Shown: in pieces, positions 45,270 to 53,896 of the stretch
Numbering within the stretch: position 1 is the stretch's first letter
How the letters are laid out: each line of letters begins with the position of its first letter
Source: an archaeon
Lineage (GTDB): Archaea; Nanobdellota; Nanobdellia; Woesearchaeales; GW2011-AR9
Assembly (NCBI GenBank): GCA_002688265.1
Contig: NZCK01000007.1
Coordinates: forward strand, 104,739 to 168,738
Reading direction: 5' to 3'
DNA: 64,000 nucleotides
Position numbers and translations under genes: made by a program
The notes under the pieces: model-generated
The model's input: the letters and a program-made list of their open reading frames with translations, nothing else
Told to the model about the DNA's origin: nothing
The model's database searches: none

Positions 45270-46124
45270 TTACTTTTTGATGACCTTATTTAATATTTCA
45301 TTAACATAAGAGAAATCAGAATTGTCAGTTAGAACTATATCAAAACTATTTAGATATTTATCTAATAATTCATTCTTTAATTCTGCCTTAAACTTATCAA
45401 AAAAAGCAATTGTGATTATTTCATTGTGTTCCAAACCCTCACTCATACCCAAATCACCCAAACTATCTCCTAACAATATAACATTCTTGCGATCTTTTAT
45501 GTCCGCTGCGTATTTTTTGTCTCTTAGAGCGTATTCGTTCTTACTAAATACAGTTATCAAAGGTTTGCTAAAACCAACTACTTCTTCTGATTTGTTTAAC
45601 ATAAATTGATTTGCAATTAAATGCATATTATCAAGCCACAACTTATGATGCTCTAAATGAGTCTTAATAATGTCCCCCAAACCAGAAGAAAAGACTAACA
45701 TAGGGATATTATACTCAGCTAATTTTTTTAGAAACATATCTGCATTGCTCCTTAATTGTAAACAAGGATCTATTGCTACTGCTTGCACTATCTTCATATT
45801 CATCCCATGCTCTAACATCAAACTCCAATTAGCTTCCCACCACTCTTGCATTTTTACTTTTTTTTCCTCTAAAGGAACGCAAGGATCAATTTCAATAGGG
45901 TGGTAAACATTGAATAGCCGAGATGACTCTTCAGTAAAACCACTTGAAAGATAATTTCCATCACGGATGCGAGAGTAGCTACTAGCAACTTTCTCTCCAT
46001 TGACAACCGGTTTGGTTAAAGTTCGATCAAAGTCAGAAATTACATGTAACTTAGTTGCTCCTGCTACCTGGATCTTTTGGATTTTTTCATTTACAATAGA
46101 AGGGTTGGGAATTAAAATTGCCAT
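45270..46124 (-). CDS. pyrimidine 5'-nucleotidase, eukaryotic UMPH-1/NT5C3-like (HAD superfamily)
   Basis: ISDFDRTLT, IEIDP..EEK..MQEWW, IPMLVFSSGLGD, VFSKNEYAL and ILLGDSLGDLGM parallel the NT5C3 sequence as I recall it. Confidence 0.8.
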   Translation of the reverse strand: MAILIPNPSIVNEKIQKIQVAGATKLHVISDFDRTLTKPVVNGEKVASSYSRIRDGNYLSSGFTEESSRLFNVYHPIEIDPCVPLEEKKVKMQEWWEANWSLMLEHGMNMKIVQAVAIDPCLQLRSNADMFLKKLAEYNIPMLVFSSGLGDIIKTHLEHHKLWLDNMHLIANQFMLNKSEEVVGFSKPLITVFSKNEYALRDKKYAADIKDRKNVILLGDSLGDLGMSEGLEHNEIITIAFFDKFKAELKNELLDKYLNSFDIVLTDNSDFSYVNEILNKVIKK

Positions 46125-46190
46125 GTTTCTTTATGGAAGAGAAGTTAGATATAATGTTTTTGGTGATTTTGAATGTTTTGTTTTTCTTTT

Positions 46191-46316
46191 TTGGCGCTGG
46201 TCAGGCTTAATCCACTCCAAACCAGTTCGCCTTGATTTTGCTTCTTGTTCCAAAGCAAAATACTCCTGGTTAATCAAAGTTATTTTCACTTGCCAGCAAG
46301 TGGACCAGCGCGCCAA
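46191..46316 (+). ncRNA. Y2: candidate structured ncRNA (homologue of Y1)
   Basis: Closing helix TTGGCGC-TGGTC/GACCA-gc-GCGCCAA; inner helices AACCAG/CTGGTT, ATTTTGCTT/AAGCAAAAT and CACTTGC/GCAAGTG. Block-wise similarity to 40534..40680. The strand is tentative. Confidence 0.5.
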
Positions 46317-46337
46317 TACATGAAACTTTTTAGAAAC

Positions 46338-47252
46338 CTACTTCTTTTCTTTCTTCCAAATATCTTGATGCACATCCTGCAGACTAGCTTGAATCCAATC
46401 TAACTCCTTCACAGGTATTGGATGATCACCCTCTATTCTTCTGGCTATCTTTTGCACCAAAGCAATAGCCTTGTTCTCAACCTCAGCCTTATGCATCGCA
46501 ACAAAAGGTTGATCTGGTTTTTTCCTAAACCAAGAATGTCTCTTCGCTTGCCTCGCCGTCATCTTATACAAATTTTCAAAATCTTTAGCTACACTCTCAT
46601 GCCAATCTTGATGAGATTGCTTTTTGGATCCTCTCTTCGGCTCAGGAAGATCTCTTTTTTGATCAGAAGATTGATTTGGTAAATCTAAACTAGCTAAAGC
46701 AGCATCAATAGAATCTATCTGAGACTCATAAGATTTCTGACCAGGATCACGATAACCTTTCCGCTCAATTGCATTTCTTACCCACTTATAATGTTTCTCA
46801 AACTCATTTTGGTTTTCATTCTCTGAAGATTTAACAACTTCATCTAATTTAGTCTGCTCAGCTGTGATCATCTCCTCTTTACTTTGACTCTTAGGTTTTG
46901 GACTTTTATTACTAAACTGAGGTGCAAGATCTCCTCTTAACACTCTCAACTCTTCTTCAACTTCCGCCCACTCTTTCTCATAAGACCTAGTTGTGTTTTT
47001 AGTAACTTTCTTTTCAACTTTTTTTGGCCTAGTTGGCAGAACTATAGAAGGTTCTTTTGGCTTTTCAAAAATTTTTTCTTTCAAATCTGGATGCTCAGCT
47101 TTAGGCATATCTTTGACCCTACTATGAGTCATTGCTTCATGATGTTTTTTCTGAGCATGACGAATAAATAACCAACAAAAAACCAAGATAGATAACACTA
47201 CAACATGGGCTAGAAATAAAGTAATAATTAATTGAGTTGTTGGAAGTGCCAT
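46338..47252 (-). CDS. membrane-anchored K/E-rich hypothetical protein
   Basis: One N-terminal TM helix (LIITLFLAHVVVLSILVFCWLFI), followed by a charged low-complexity region. Confidence 0.5.
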   Translation of the reverse strand: MALPTTQLIITLFLAHVVVLSILVFCWLFIRHAQKKHHEAMTHSRVKDMPKAEHPDLKEKIFEKPKEPSIVLPTRPKKVEKKVTKNTTRSYEKEWAEVEEELRVLRGDLAPQFSNKSPKPKSQSKEEMITAEQTKLDEVVKSSENENQNEFEKHYKWVRNAIERKGYRDPGQKSYESQIDSIDAALASLDLPNQSSDQKRDLPEPKRGSKKQSHQDWHESVAKDFENLYKMTARQAKRHSWFRKKPDQPFVAMHKAEVENKAIALVQKIARRIEGDHPIPVKELDWIQASLQDVHQDIWKKEKK

Positions 47253-47346
47253 CGTTCACCTTTTAGCTTATTAATAATAATATGATTAACGTACTTAAAG
47301 CTTGCGCCCAAATGGTTGAATTCAAATAATTATTATCTTAGAAAAA

Positions 47347-48309
47347 CTACCTTCTCTTACTCAAAATTTGCTCCCTTAACTTCTCAAAAGAAATAACTTC
47401 AACTTCAGGGAGAGTTTTTGAAAATTCACTAAACTGCTCCTTTGATAAGATATCTTGCTTACTCAAATAAGCAATTGTTGGCCTTTTCTTCTTTGCTTTC
47501 TGATAAAGTTTAATCTGATCTTTTAATGGAAAAGTCTCAGTGGCATCAAAAACATAAACTACTAAATTTGCTAGCTCCTCTAATACTAATTCTGCTTGAA
47601 GCTCTATTAGATTCATTTTTTCTTTCCTTGCAAGTGTTCCTGGAACATCTAAAACCTGAATTGCAGTTTCCTTCTTTGGACTTTCTCCATCCAAAAAACC
47701 ACAATTAATACTTTTTGTTGTAAAAGAATAAGCTGCAGTCTTAGCATTAGTCCCAGTTAATTTGTTAAGCAAAGTTGATTTGCCAACATTAGGAAAACCA
47801 TAAAGACAAACAGTAAAACGATCCTTAATATCAGGATAAGTTTTCATGATCTTTCGACACTCATTAAGATATTCAATATTATTTTTTATTTGCTTAAGAA
47901 CACTTGATACCCTTCCATAAAATTCCTTAGTCTGTTTTTGAATAGTTTCATATTCTCTGGCAGCACTGACTTTTTTACTGTAAGTTCTCTGAAAAAACAA
48001 AATTTTGCCTTCAGCCCAGTTTAAAGCAGCCAAAGATTTCTTTAAAGCACCAAGATCAAGAGTGAGGTCTATCAATTTTACATAGAATTCTGGTAAATGA
48101 TCAAAACTAGGAAAATCCTTCATACTCTTTCTTAGCCGAGACTGAATGTAACCTGCAGAGATGTCAATTTTTACTCTGCCTTTATCTCTTGCTCTTTCAG
48201 CAGGTTTACCCTTGAAATCTTTTTTTGTGACTTTCTCTCGCGCTTTCCTGAACGCTATATCTAACAATTCTTTTGGTGTTTCTACAGGAGGAATCTTCTC
48301 GAAGTTCAT
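47347..48309 (-). CDS. NOG1-family GTPase
   Basis: An N-terminal NOG1-type helical domain, then GFPNVGKSTLLNKLT (G1), DVPG (G3), and SKQD (G4-like). Confidence 0.7.
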   Translation of the reverse strand: MNFEKIPPVETPKELLDIAFRKAREKVTKKDFKGKPAERARDKGRVKIDISAGYIQSRLRKSMKDFPSFDHLPEFYVKLIDLTLDLGALKKSLAALNWAEGKILFFQRTYSKKVSAAREYETIQKQTKEFYGRVSSVLKQIKNNIEYLNECRKIMKTYPDIKDRFTVCLYGFPNVGKSTLLNKLTGTNAKTAAYSFTTKSINCGFLDGESPKKETAIQVLDVPGTLARKEKMNLIELQAELVLEELANLVVYVFDATETFPLKDQIKLYQKAKKKRPTIAYLSKQDILSKEQFSEFSKTLPEVEVISFEKLREQILSKRR

Positions 48310-48361
48310 AAAGGTAAGAATTGTCTGGCTGTTTTATAATGCTTCGCTTTGAAAAAAGTAA

Positions 48362-48523
48362 GAGTAGAAGAAGATCTCACCTGTGGCTCGTTCGGGGCCG
48401 GACAAAATGCTTAATAGTTAACTAGAAGGTGCTGTGACCCGTAGGGTGCGACCCCCGCAACATACTCAAAGAAATTTGTGAAGGCATTTTGAGAATTGGC
48501 CCCCTCAACATCTTTTTCTACTC
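48362..48523 (+). ncRNA. X2: candidate structured ncRNA (paralogue of X1)
   Basis: 14-bp closing helix GAGTAGAAGAAGAT/ATCTTTTTCTACTC with one G:T pair that is a wobble only on the plus strand. Nested helices GGGGCC/GGCCCC and CAAAATGC/GCATTTTG. The core ACTAGAAG..ACCCGTAGGGT..CCCCCG is shared with X1. TTTATAAT lies about 26 nt upstream. Confidence 0.5.
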
Positions 48524-48538
48524 ACCTTAATGAGAACT

Positions 48539-50251
48539 TCACAACTGCAGAGGGTGGTCATGACCTTGCTTCTTCCTCAAATGCAACTCTTTCAAATGAC
48601 GTTCCCTCTCATCAGTCAAATTGATTGTCTTCTTTCTAACTCCAGTTACAATGCTAGCAATATGTTCTCCTCCTAAAAAGTGAGGCAAGGTCACATAATC
48701 AGCTCCTGCTTTGTAAAGTTTGAGTGCATCATCAGTACTTTGAGTTGTTGCAATGATCCTAGCCTTCTTATTCACTGCTCTTGTTTTCTTAATCAACAAA
48801 AGGTTTTCTCGCATGCCAGGAACTGTGGAAATTAATAACTTGATCCCCTTCAAATTCATCTTATCAATAATCTCCTGGTCGTCAACCTCCCCATAAATAC
48901 AATGAAACCCGCGTTTCGCAGTACTGGCAATAATATCTGGATTATAATCAATAACCAAAACATTTTTTTTATGACTATGCAATTTTCTAAGAATAGAATA
49001 ACCAATCCTATTGTGACCACAAAGAACGATTTTAGGCTTGTGATCCTGTGGCATAAATTCTAACCCTTCAGTGTTATATTTATCTAAAAACTGTAGACGC
49101 TTTTCTAAAAGAGCATAAATCTCTGAATTATACTTGATTAAATAAGAGGTTACTGAAATGGAAATTAGTGAAACTAAAACTATTAATGAAAAAATCTCGC
49201 TAGTCAAATGACCTAGTAATCTTCCTTGCGCAGCAATAATTAACGCAAACTCCCCTATCTGAGTTAGATAAAGAGCAGAATAAAGTGATGGTTTTTTGGT
49301 ATAACGAAATACAGTACACAAAATTAATACCAAAATTGGCTTAAAGATAATGATAAATATAGTAAAAGCAATTAATTCAACCCAATAATTCTGAATTACT
49401 CCTAAGGATAAACTCATCCCCAAAGAAACAAAGAATAGTAAACTGAAAAAATCCCTCAATGACCGGACTCTAGCAATTATTTCTAAATGATATTGAAGGT
49501 TTCCTAAAGTTAAACCTGCAGCAAAGGCACCAATGGCTACCGAAAATCCCAAAAAGTGAAACGATAAAGAAAAGAGAAAACAAATAGCAAGTGAAGCTAC
49601 TAACAATAATTCTTGAGCACGAGCTGCGAAACTAAATAGTGCAGGGAAGACAAACCGAGTAGCAAAGTAAGCTGCAGCAATTAACGCTACAAATTTCATC
49701 ATTGCTAAAACTAAAACAGAAGGTGTAAAGTCTCCAATTGAAGTTAAAACAGAAAGAGCAAACACAGCAAAAATATCTTCCATTAAAAGAATACCTACAA
49801 TAATTCTCCCATGCAAAGTTGATAACTCTCTTCTGTCAGATAAAAATTTCATAACAATCATTGTTGAAGAAAAAGCTAACATCAAACCCACATACATCGC
49901 TTCTAAGGGAAGAAAACCTAAAACCATCGCCAAAAGAAAAGCCGTTGTAAATAAAATAACAATCTGAATTGTCCCACCAACACTGGAAATAAAAGCTACC
50001 TGTTTGAGCTTTTTTAGATCCATTTCAAGACCCACAATAAAAAGTAAAAAAGCAATACCTATAGTTGACATTGCATCAATTACTGTAGAATTGGTAATAA
50101 TCCCAAAAATAGGTGTAATTAGAACTCCAACTAAAATATATGCTAACAATTGAGGTTGCCTTGCCCATCTAAATAAAAGTGCTAAGAAGCCAGCTATAAT
50201 TACAATAATTCCTAGTTCTACAAATATATCAGAAGCTACTGCCATCCTCAT
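48539..50251 (-). CDS. cation:proton antiporter (CPA2/Kef-type) with a C-terminal RCK/TrkA-N domain
   Basis: About 12 TM helices, then IVLCGHNRIGYSILRKL (Rossmann GxGxxG-like) and a soluble domain. Confidence 0.8.
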   Translation of the reverse strand: MRMAVASDIFVELGIIVIIAGFLALLFRWARQPQLLAYILVGVLITPIFGIITNSTVIDAMSTIGIAFLLFIVGLEMDLKKLKQVAFISSVGGTIQIVILFTTAFLLAMVLGFLPLEAMYVGLMLAFSSTMIVMKFLSDRRELSTLHGRIIVGILLMEDIFAVFALSVLTSIGDFTPSVLVLAMMKFVALIAAAYFATRFVFPALFSFAARAQELLLVASLAICFLFSLSFHFLGFSVAIGAFAAGLTLGNLQYHLEIIARVRSLRDFFSLLFFVSLGMSLSLGVIQNYWVELIAFTIFIIIFKPILVLILCTVFRYTKKPSLYSALYLTQIGEFALIIAAQGRLLGHLTSEIFSLIVLVSLISISVTSYLIKYNSEIYALLEKRLQFLDKYNTEGLEFMPQDHKPKIVLCGHNRIGYSILRKLHSHKKNVLVIDYNPDIIASTAKRGFHCIYGEVDDQEIIDKMNLKGIKLLISTVPGMRENLLLIKKTRAVNKKARIIATTQSTDDALKLYKAGADYVTLPHFLGGEHIASIVTGVRKKTINLTDERERHLKELHLRKKQGHDHPLQL

Positions 50252-50326
50252 TATAAAAGAAAGAATAAGGGTTTAAAAAAGTGTTGGCAATATCGGCTTA
50301 TTTTTGAAAAGTAAATTACAAGATTT

Positions 50327-51838
50327 TCACTTAGAATCATCAGTAATTACTGGTTTCATAGTTGGAAAAAATATTACATCCCTAATTGAACTTACTCCTG
50401 TTAAAACAACAGCCATTCGATCAATTCCAAAACCTAATCCACCCGCCGGAGGCATACCGTACTCAATTGCAGTTACAAAATCAGAATCCATTGGATGGGC
50501 TTCATCTGCTCCAGCTCTTAACTGCTCTGCTTGCCCCTCCAACAATTCTCTTTGAAGAATTGGATCATTCAACTCTGAATAAGCATTACAAAGCTCCATT
50601 CCCATACAAAATGATTCAAACCTTTCAACAAGCCTTGGGTCTCCCCTTTTAGCTTTACACAAAGGAGTAGTTTCTTTTGGATGATCAATGATATGGACCG
50701 GTTGAATCAATTTGTCCTCTACTAATTCTTCGAATAACAATAATACACCAAGACCCCAACTAAACTTTCCTTTACTAGAGTCAAACTCGATTCTTTTATC
50801 ATTGATAAGATGTTGAATTTTTTCTTCAGACATTTTGGAAACGTCAATGTCTGCATATTCTTTGATAGCATCAATCATGGAAAGTCTTCGCCAAGGAGCT
50901 TTGAAATCTACTTCTACTTCTTCGCCCTTATACATCCGTTTAACCTTAGTTGAACCATTAATTGTAATACAAGCCTTCTCATAAACCTCTTCAAGATAAA
51001 CCATCATCTGCTCATAGTCAACGTAAGCCTGATATATCTCAAGCATCGTAAACTCAGGGTTATGAGTTGTATCAACGTCTTCATTTCTAAAATTTTTACA
51101 AATGGTGTAAACCTTTTCGAACCCACCAACTAACAAACGCTTTAGAAATAATTCTGGAGAGATTGACAAAAACATTGACATGTCCCAAGCATTAATATGA
51201 GTTACAAAGGGCCTCGCGTTAGCTCCCCCATACTGTGTCTGCAAAGTAGGCGTCTCTACTTCCATAAATTCTTTCTCAGAGAAATAATCCCTAACTGCCT
51301 TAATCATAGCACTACGCTTTTTGAAAATTTCTCTTGAACCTTGATTAGTAATTAAATCCAAACAACGTCTCCGATATTTCAATTCAATATCCTTAACGCC
51401 ATGAAACTTCTCTGGCATCTGAAGCATAGATTTACACAAGAAAACTGCTTCTTTTGCATGAACTGTAACTTCACCTTTCCTGGTTTTGAAGATTGTCCCA
51501 GAGACACCAATAATATCTCCAGTATCAGATTTTTTTGTGATTAACTTGTATTGGTCTTCACCTAAATCATCTCTTGTTAGATAAATTTGAAGCTTGCCTG
51601 TTTCATCTTGAATATGAAAAAAACTGGCTTTACCCATTATTCTTCTGAGCATGATTCGCCCAGCAACATTAACTTTAGTCTTCTTTTTTTCTTCTGGTTT
51701 TAAAGAAGCATGTTTCTCGTTTAAAGGTTTGGCATGATGAGTTTGATTAAAACTGTAAGGATAAGCCTGAACACCAGCTTCCCTGATCTGTTGCAACTTT
51801 CTTAGTTTGTCTTGATCCAATTCTAGTTTCTTTGCCAT
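50327..51838 (-). CDS. lysS: lysyl-tRNA synthetase, class II
   Basis: OB-fold anticodon-binding N-domain; class II motifs FRNEDVDTTHNPEFTMLE and GGLGFGIDRMAVVLTG. Confidence 0.9.
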   Translation of the reverse strand: MAKKLELDQDKLRKLQQIREAGVQAYPYSFNQTHHAKPLNEKHASLKPEEKKKTKVNVAGRIMLRRIMGKASFFHIQDETGKLQIYLTRDDLGEDQYKLITKKSDTGDIIGVSGTIFKTRKGEVTVHAKEAVFLCKSMLQMPEKFHGVKDIELKYRRRCLDLITNQGSREIFKKRSAMIKAVRDYFSEKEFMEVETPTLQTQYGGANARPFVTHINAWDMSMFLSISPELFLKRLLVGGFEKVYTICKNFRNEDVDTTHNPEFTMLEIYQAYVDYEQMMVYLEEVYEKACITINGSTKVKRMYKGEEVEVDFKAPWRRLSMIDAIKEYADIDVSKMSEEKIQHLINDKRIEFDSSKGKFSWGLGVLLLFEELVEDKLIQPVHIIDHPKETTPLCKAKRGDPRLVERFESFCMGMELCNAYSELNDPILQRELLEGQAEQLRAGADEAHPMDSDFVTAIEYGMPPAGGLGFGIDRMAVVLTGVSSIRDVIFFPTMKPVITDDSK

Positions 51839-51956
51839 GAAGATAAGATATCAATAATCATTATATAAATATTTGGAAGATGTTTCTGTTTTTTGGGGGA
51901 TTAATCCAAACTCTTAAAAATCTATTAGTATTCTTAGATACTTGAGGTTTTGGTAA

Positions 51957-52838
51957 ATGGTGATTGTAACGTGTTTGGGGAATTCGCAGAAAATTGCAAA
52001 AGGTATTGCTCGGCGGCTGAAAGCAAAATATATGAAAACTCTAGTTTCAACATTTCCTGATGGAGATCGCTACATGAAGTTCTCTAAAAAAGTTAAAGGA
52101 CAAAAAATAATCATAGTTCAATCATTCCAACCTAATCCACAACAAAGTCTTCTTAATGTTGTGTTTGCAGCAACCGGGGCTAAACAACAAGGAGCTCGAA
52201 GTGTGGTTGTTTGTGTACCATACTTAGCTTACATGCGCCAAGACAAAGCGTTCAATCCAGGTGAAGTTATTTCGAGTCGCGTGATGGCAAAGCTTCTGAA
52301 TAATTCTGTTGATCGTTTGGTAACTATAGATCCACACTTGCATCGTTATCGATCAATGAAAGAGATTTTTAAGATTAAAGCTGCGAATTTGTGTGCTAAT
52401 TCTCTAATTGGGGCCTATGTAAAAAAACATGTTAAAAATGCAGTTGTGATTGGTCCTGATTGGGAAAGTTATCAATGGGCAGAAGAAGTGGCTTCAATTG
52501 CTGGAGTTGAGTGCACAGTGTTTGAGAAAACACGTTATTCTTCAAAAAAAGTTAGCGAGAAGATGTTGAAACAAGTTGATATGAAAGGCAAAAACGTTGT
52601 AATTGTTGATGACATTATCTCTACAGGGCATACCATTGCTGAAGCCTCTAAAAAAGCAAAGTCGCTAGGTGCTAAATCTGTTATGGCAATTGGTGTGCAT
52701 GGATTGTTTGTTCTAGATGCAATTAAGTTGATGAAGAAAGCAGGCGTTTCTAAAGTAGTGAGCACAAATACTATCTCACATAAAACTAATGGAATTGACG
52801 TAACTGGGATGTTGAGTGATTGGCTTAGGAAGAATTGA
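51957..52838 (+). CDS. prs: ribose-phosphate pyrophosphokinase
   Basis: FPDGD.., DPHLH, and VVIVDDIISTGHT (PRPP-binding loop). Confidence 0.88.
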   Translation: MVIVTCLGNSQKIAKGIARRLKAKYMKTLVSTFPDGDRYMKFSKKVKGQKIIIVQSFQPNPQQSLLNVVFAATGAKQQGARSVVVCVPYLAYMRQDKAFNPGEVISSRVMAKLLNNSVDRLVTIDPHLHRYRSMKEIFKIKAANLCANSLIGAYVKKHVKNAVVIGPDWESYQWAEEVASIAGVECTVFEKTRYSSKKVSEKMLKQVDMKGKNVVIVDDIISTGHTIAEASKKAKSLGAKSVMAIGVHGLFVLDAIKLMKKAGVSKVVSTNTISHKTNGIDVTGMLSDWLRKN

Positions 52839-52846
52839 GTGGAATA

Positions 52847-53323
52847 TTATGCATCAAGAATCTTTTCTAACCTTAACTCTGCATACTCTCCCCCAACATA
52901 ATCTGGTTGCTGTTCAACTATGAATAATGCAGCTGCGCTTGAAGATTCAGTTTCGGCTATAGCACCAACAACTATTTGTCTTGGGAGAGCAGCCCATGTT
53001 CCTTGGTACAAACCAGAAAGATCTTCGCCTTCTCCATCTCTTTGCAAAACATAAAGTAAATTAGCTAAACCAGTGTCTGGAGGACATTTAAAGAAAGCGA
53101 GTGTTGCACGGCCATCCCCCACTTCAACTTTCCCCTCCATCGTTTGGTTTGGGCTTCTTGATCCGTGGTCAATTATCTCTCCTGAGAGTAATCCTTGTTC
53201 ATTTGTTGATAATCTACCTGTGAGATCTCCTTGAGTCCCAAGATATTCGTAGTGTCCAGAAATAGAGTAATCAGCCATGAGAGGTTTATGTTGAATTGCT
53301 TGAAAAAGTTTTTGTTTATCCAA
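52847..53323 (-). CDS. hypothetical protein (higher G+C, Gly-rich)
   Basis: ORF only. Confidence 0.4.
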   Translation of the reverse strand: MDKQKLFQAIQHKPLMADYSISGHYEYLGTQGDLTGRLSTNEQGLLSGEIIDHGSRSPNQTMEGKVEVGDGRATLAFFKCPPDTGLANLLYVLQRDGEGEDLSGLYQGTWAALPRQIVVGAIAETESSSAAALFIVEQQPDYVGGEYAELRLEKILDA

Positions 53324-53390
53324 TATATATTTTTGTACTCTATTGTTTAGAATATTTTAACTAAAAAAGATTAAGAAAAAATAAATAAAC

Positions 53391-53549
53391 TTACTTCTTA
53401 TTCCAGGTATACTTACGAGTTGTTGCCTGAGCACCATATCCACAACCACTACACCTTTTCTTTCTAATGTGATAACTGTGGTTTCCGCACCTACGACAGA
53501 TGATGTGAGAAGTCTTCCCACTTTTTCTACCCATACTTGCTGTACTCAT
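53391..53549 (-). CDS. rpl37e: 50S ribosomal protein L37e
   Basis: Not in the ORF track because it is under 60 aa. My translation is MSTASMGRKSGKTSHIICRRCGNHSYHIRKKRCSGCGYGAQATTRKYTWNKK, with the L37e CxxC..CxxC zinc ribbon. It lies directly downstream of the LSm gene, as in many archaea. Confidence 0.85.
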   Translation of the reverse strand: MSTASMGRKSGKTSHIICRRCGNHSYHIRKKRCSGCGYGAQATTRKYTWNKK

Positions 53550-53584
53550 TTTAGTTTACCTGTATAATTTGATTTACGCTTTAA

Positions 53585-53812
53585 TTATGCTGGAGAGATA
53601 ATGGTAATTGTATCTCCACGAATGAAAACTGTTCCAAGTTGACGCTTTACTTCGCCATCTTTGGTTTCTTTAGCTTCATCTAACACAACGTTGATATGAA
53701 TATCAAATGCCTTTAGTTTCCCAGTTAGCATAGCGCCGTTCTTTAAATTTACAATAACTTGTTTTCCTCGTGCTGCGTTTAAAGCATCTAGTGGTCTTGA
53801 ATGTTGTTCCAT
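53585..53812 (-). CDS. Sm-like archaeal protein (LSm/SmAP)
   Basis: RPLDALN..GKQVIVNLKNGAMLTGKLKAFDIHINVVLD (Sm1) and VFIRGDTITIISP (Sm2). Confidence 0.9.
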   Translation of the reverse strand: MEQHSRPLDALNAARGKQVIVNLKNGAMLTGKLKAFDIHINVVLDEAKETKDGEVKRQLGTVFIRGDTITIISPA

Positions 53813-53896
53813 TTTGAGTAATTCACCCCGAATTATAATATCCTTTCGCTAAGTAGGTCTTTTATAAATGTTGTGGTGGAAGAGCATAAAATTGCA

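Noticed and set aside
40534-46316. Y1 and Y2 as SRP RNA. The strings GCCAGGC / GGUCAGGC and AGCAA..GG recall the SRP helix-8 motifs (..CAGG.CC-GNAR-GG.AGCA..).
   Set aside because: The two half-motifs are separated by 70-90 nt instead of a GNAR tetraloop. There are two copies 6 kb apart. No Alu-domain or helix-6 features are recognisable. The resemblance rests on very short strings recalled from memory.
46000-46323. ORF 46000..46323 (+, 107 aa).
   Set aside because: It overlaps the 5' end of the nucleotidase gene in antisense and then runs through Y2. It has no start context, and its composition is driven by the structured element.
28247-48523. Interpreting the structured islands X1, X2, X3, Y1 and Y2 as MITEs or transposon remnants because each has terminal inverted repeats.
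   Set aside because: The terminal helices differ completely between homologous copies while the internal cores are conserved, which is the opposite of MITE behaviour. I saw no shared termini, no target-site duplications and no transposase in the window. I cannot exclude this without a genome-wide copy census.
48362-48523. A minus-strand 30-codon ORF inside X2 (MLRGPILKMPSQISLSMLRGSHPTGHSTF).
   Set aside because: There is no equivalent frame in the paralogue X1, no SD, and it stops well before the next gene. It is most likely a chance open frame in G+C-rich sequence.
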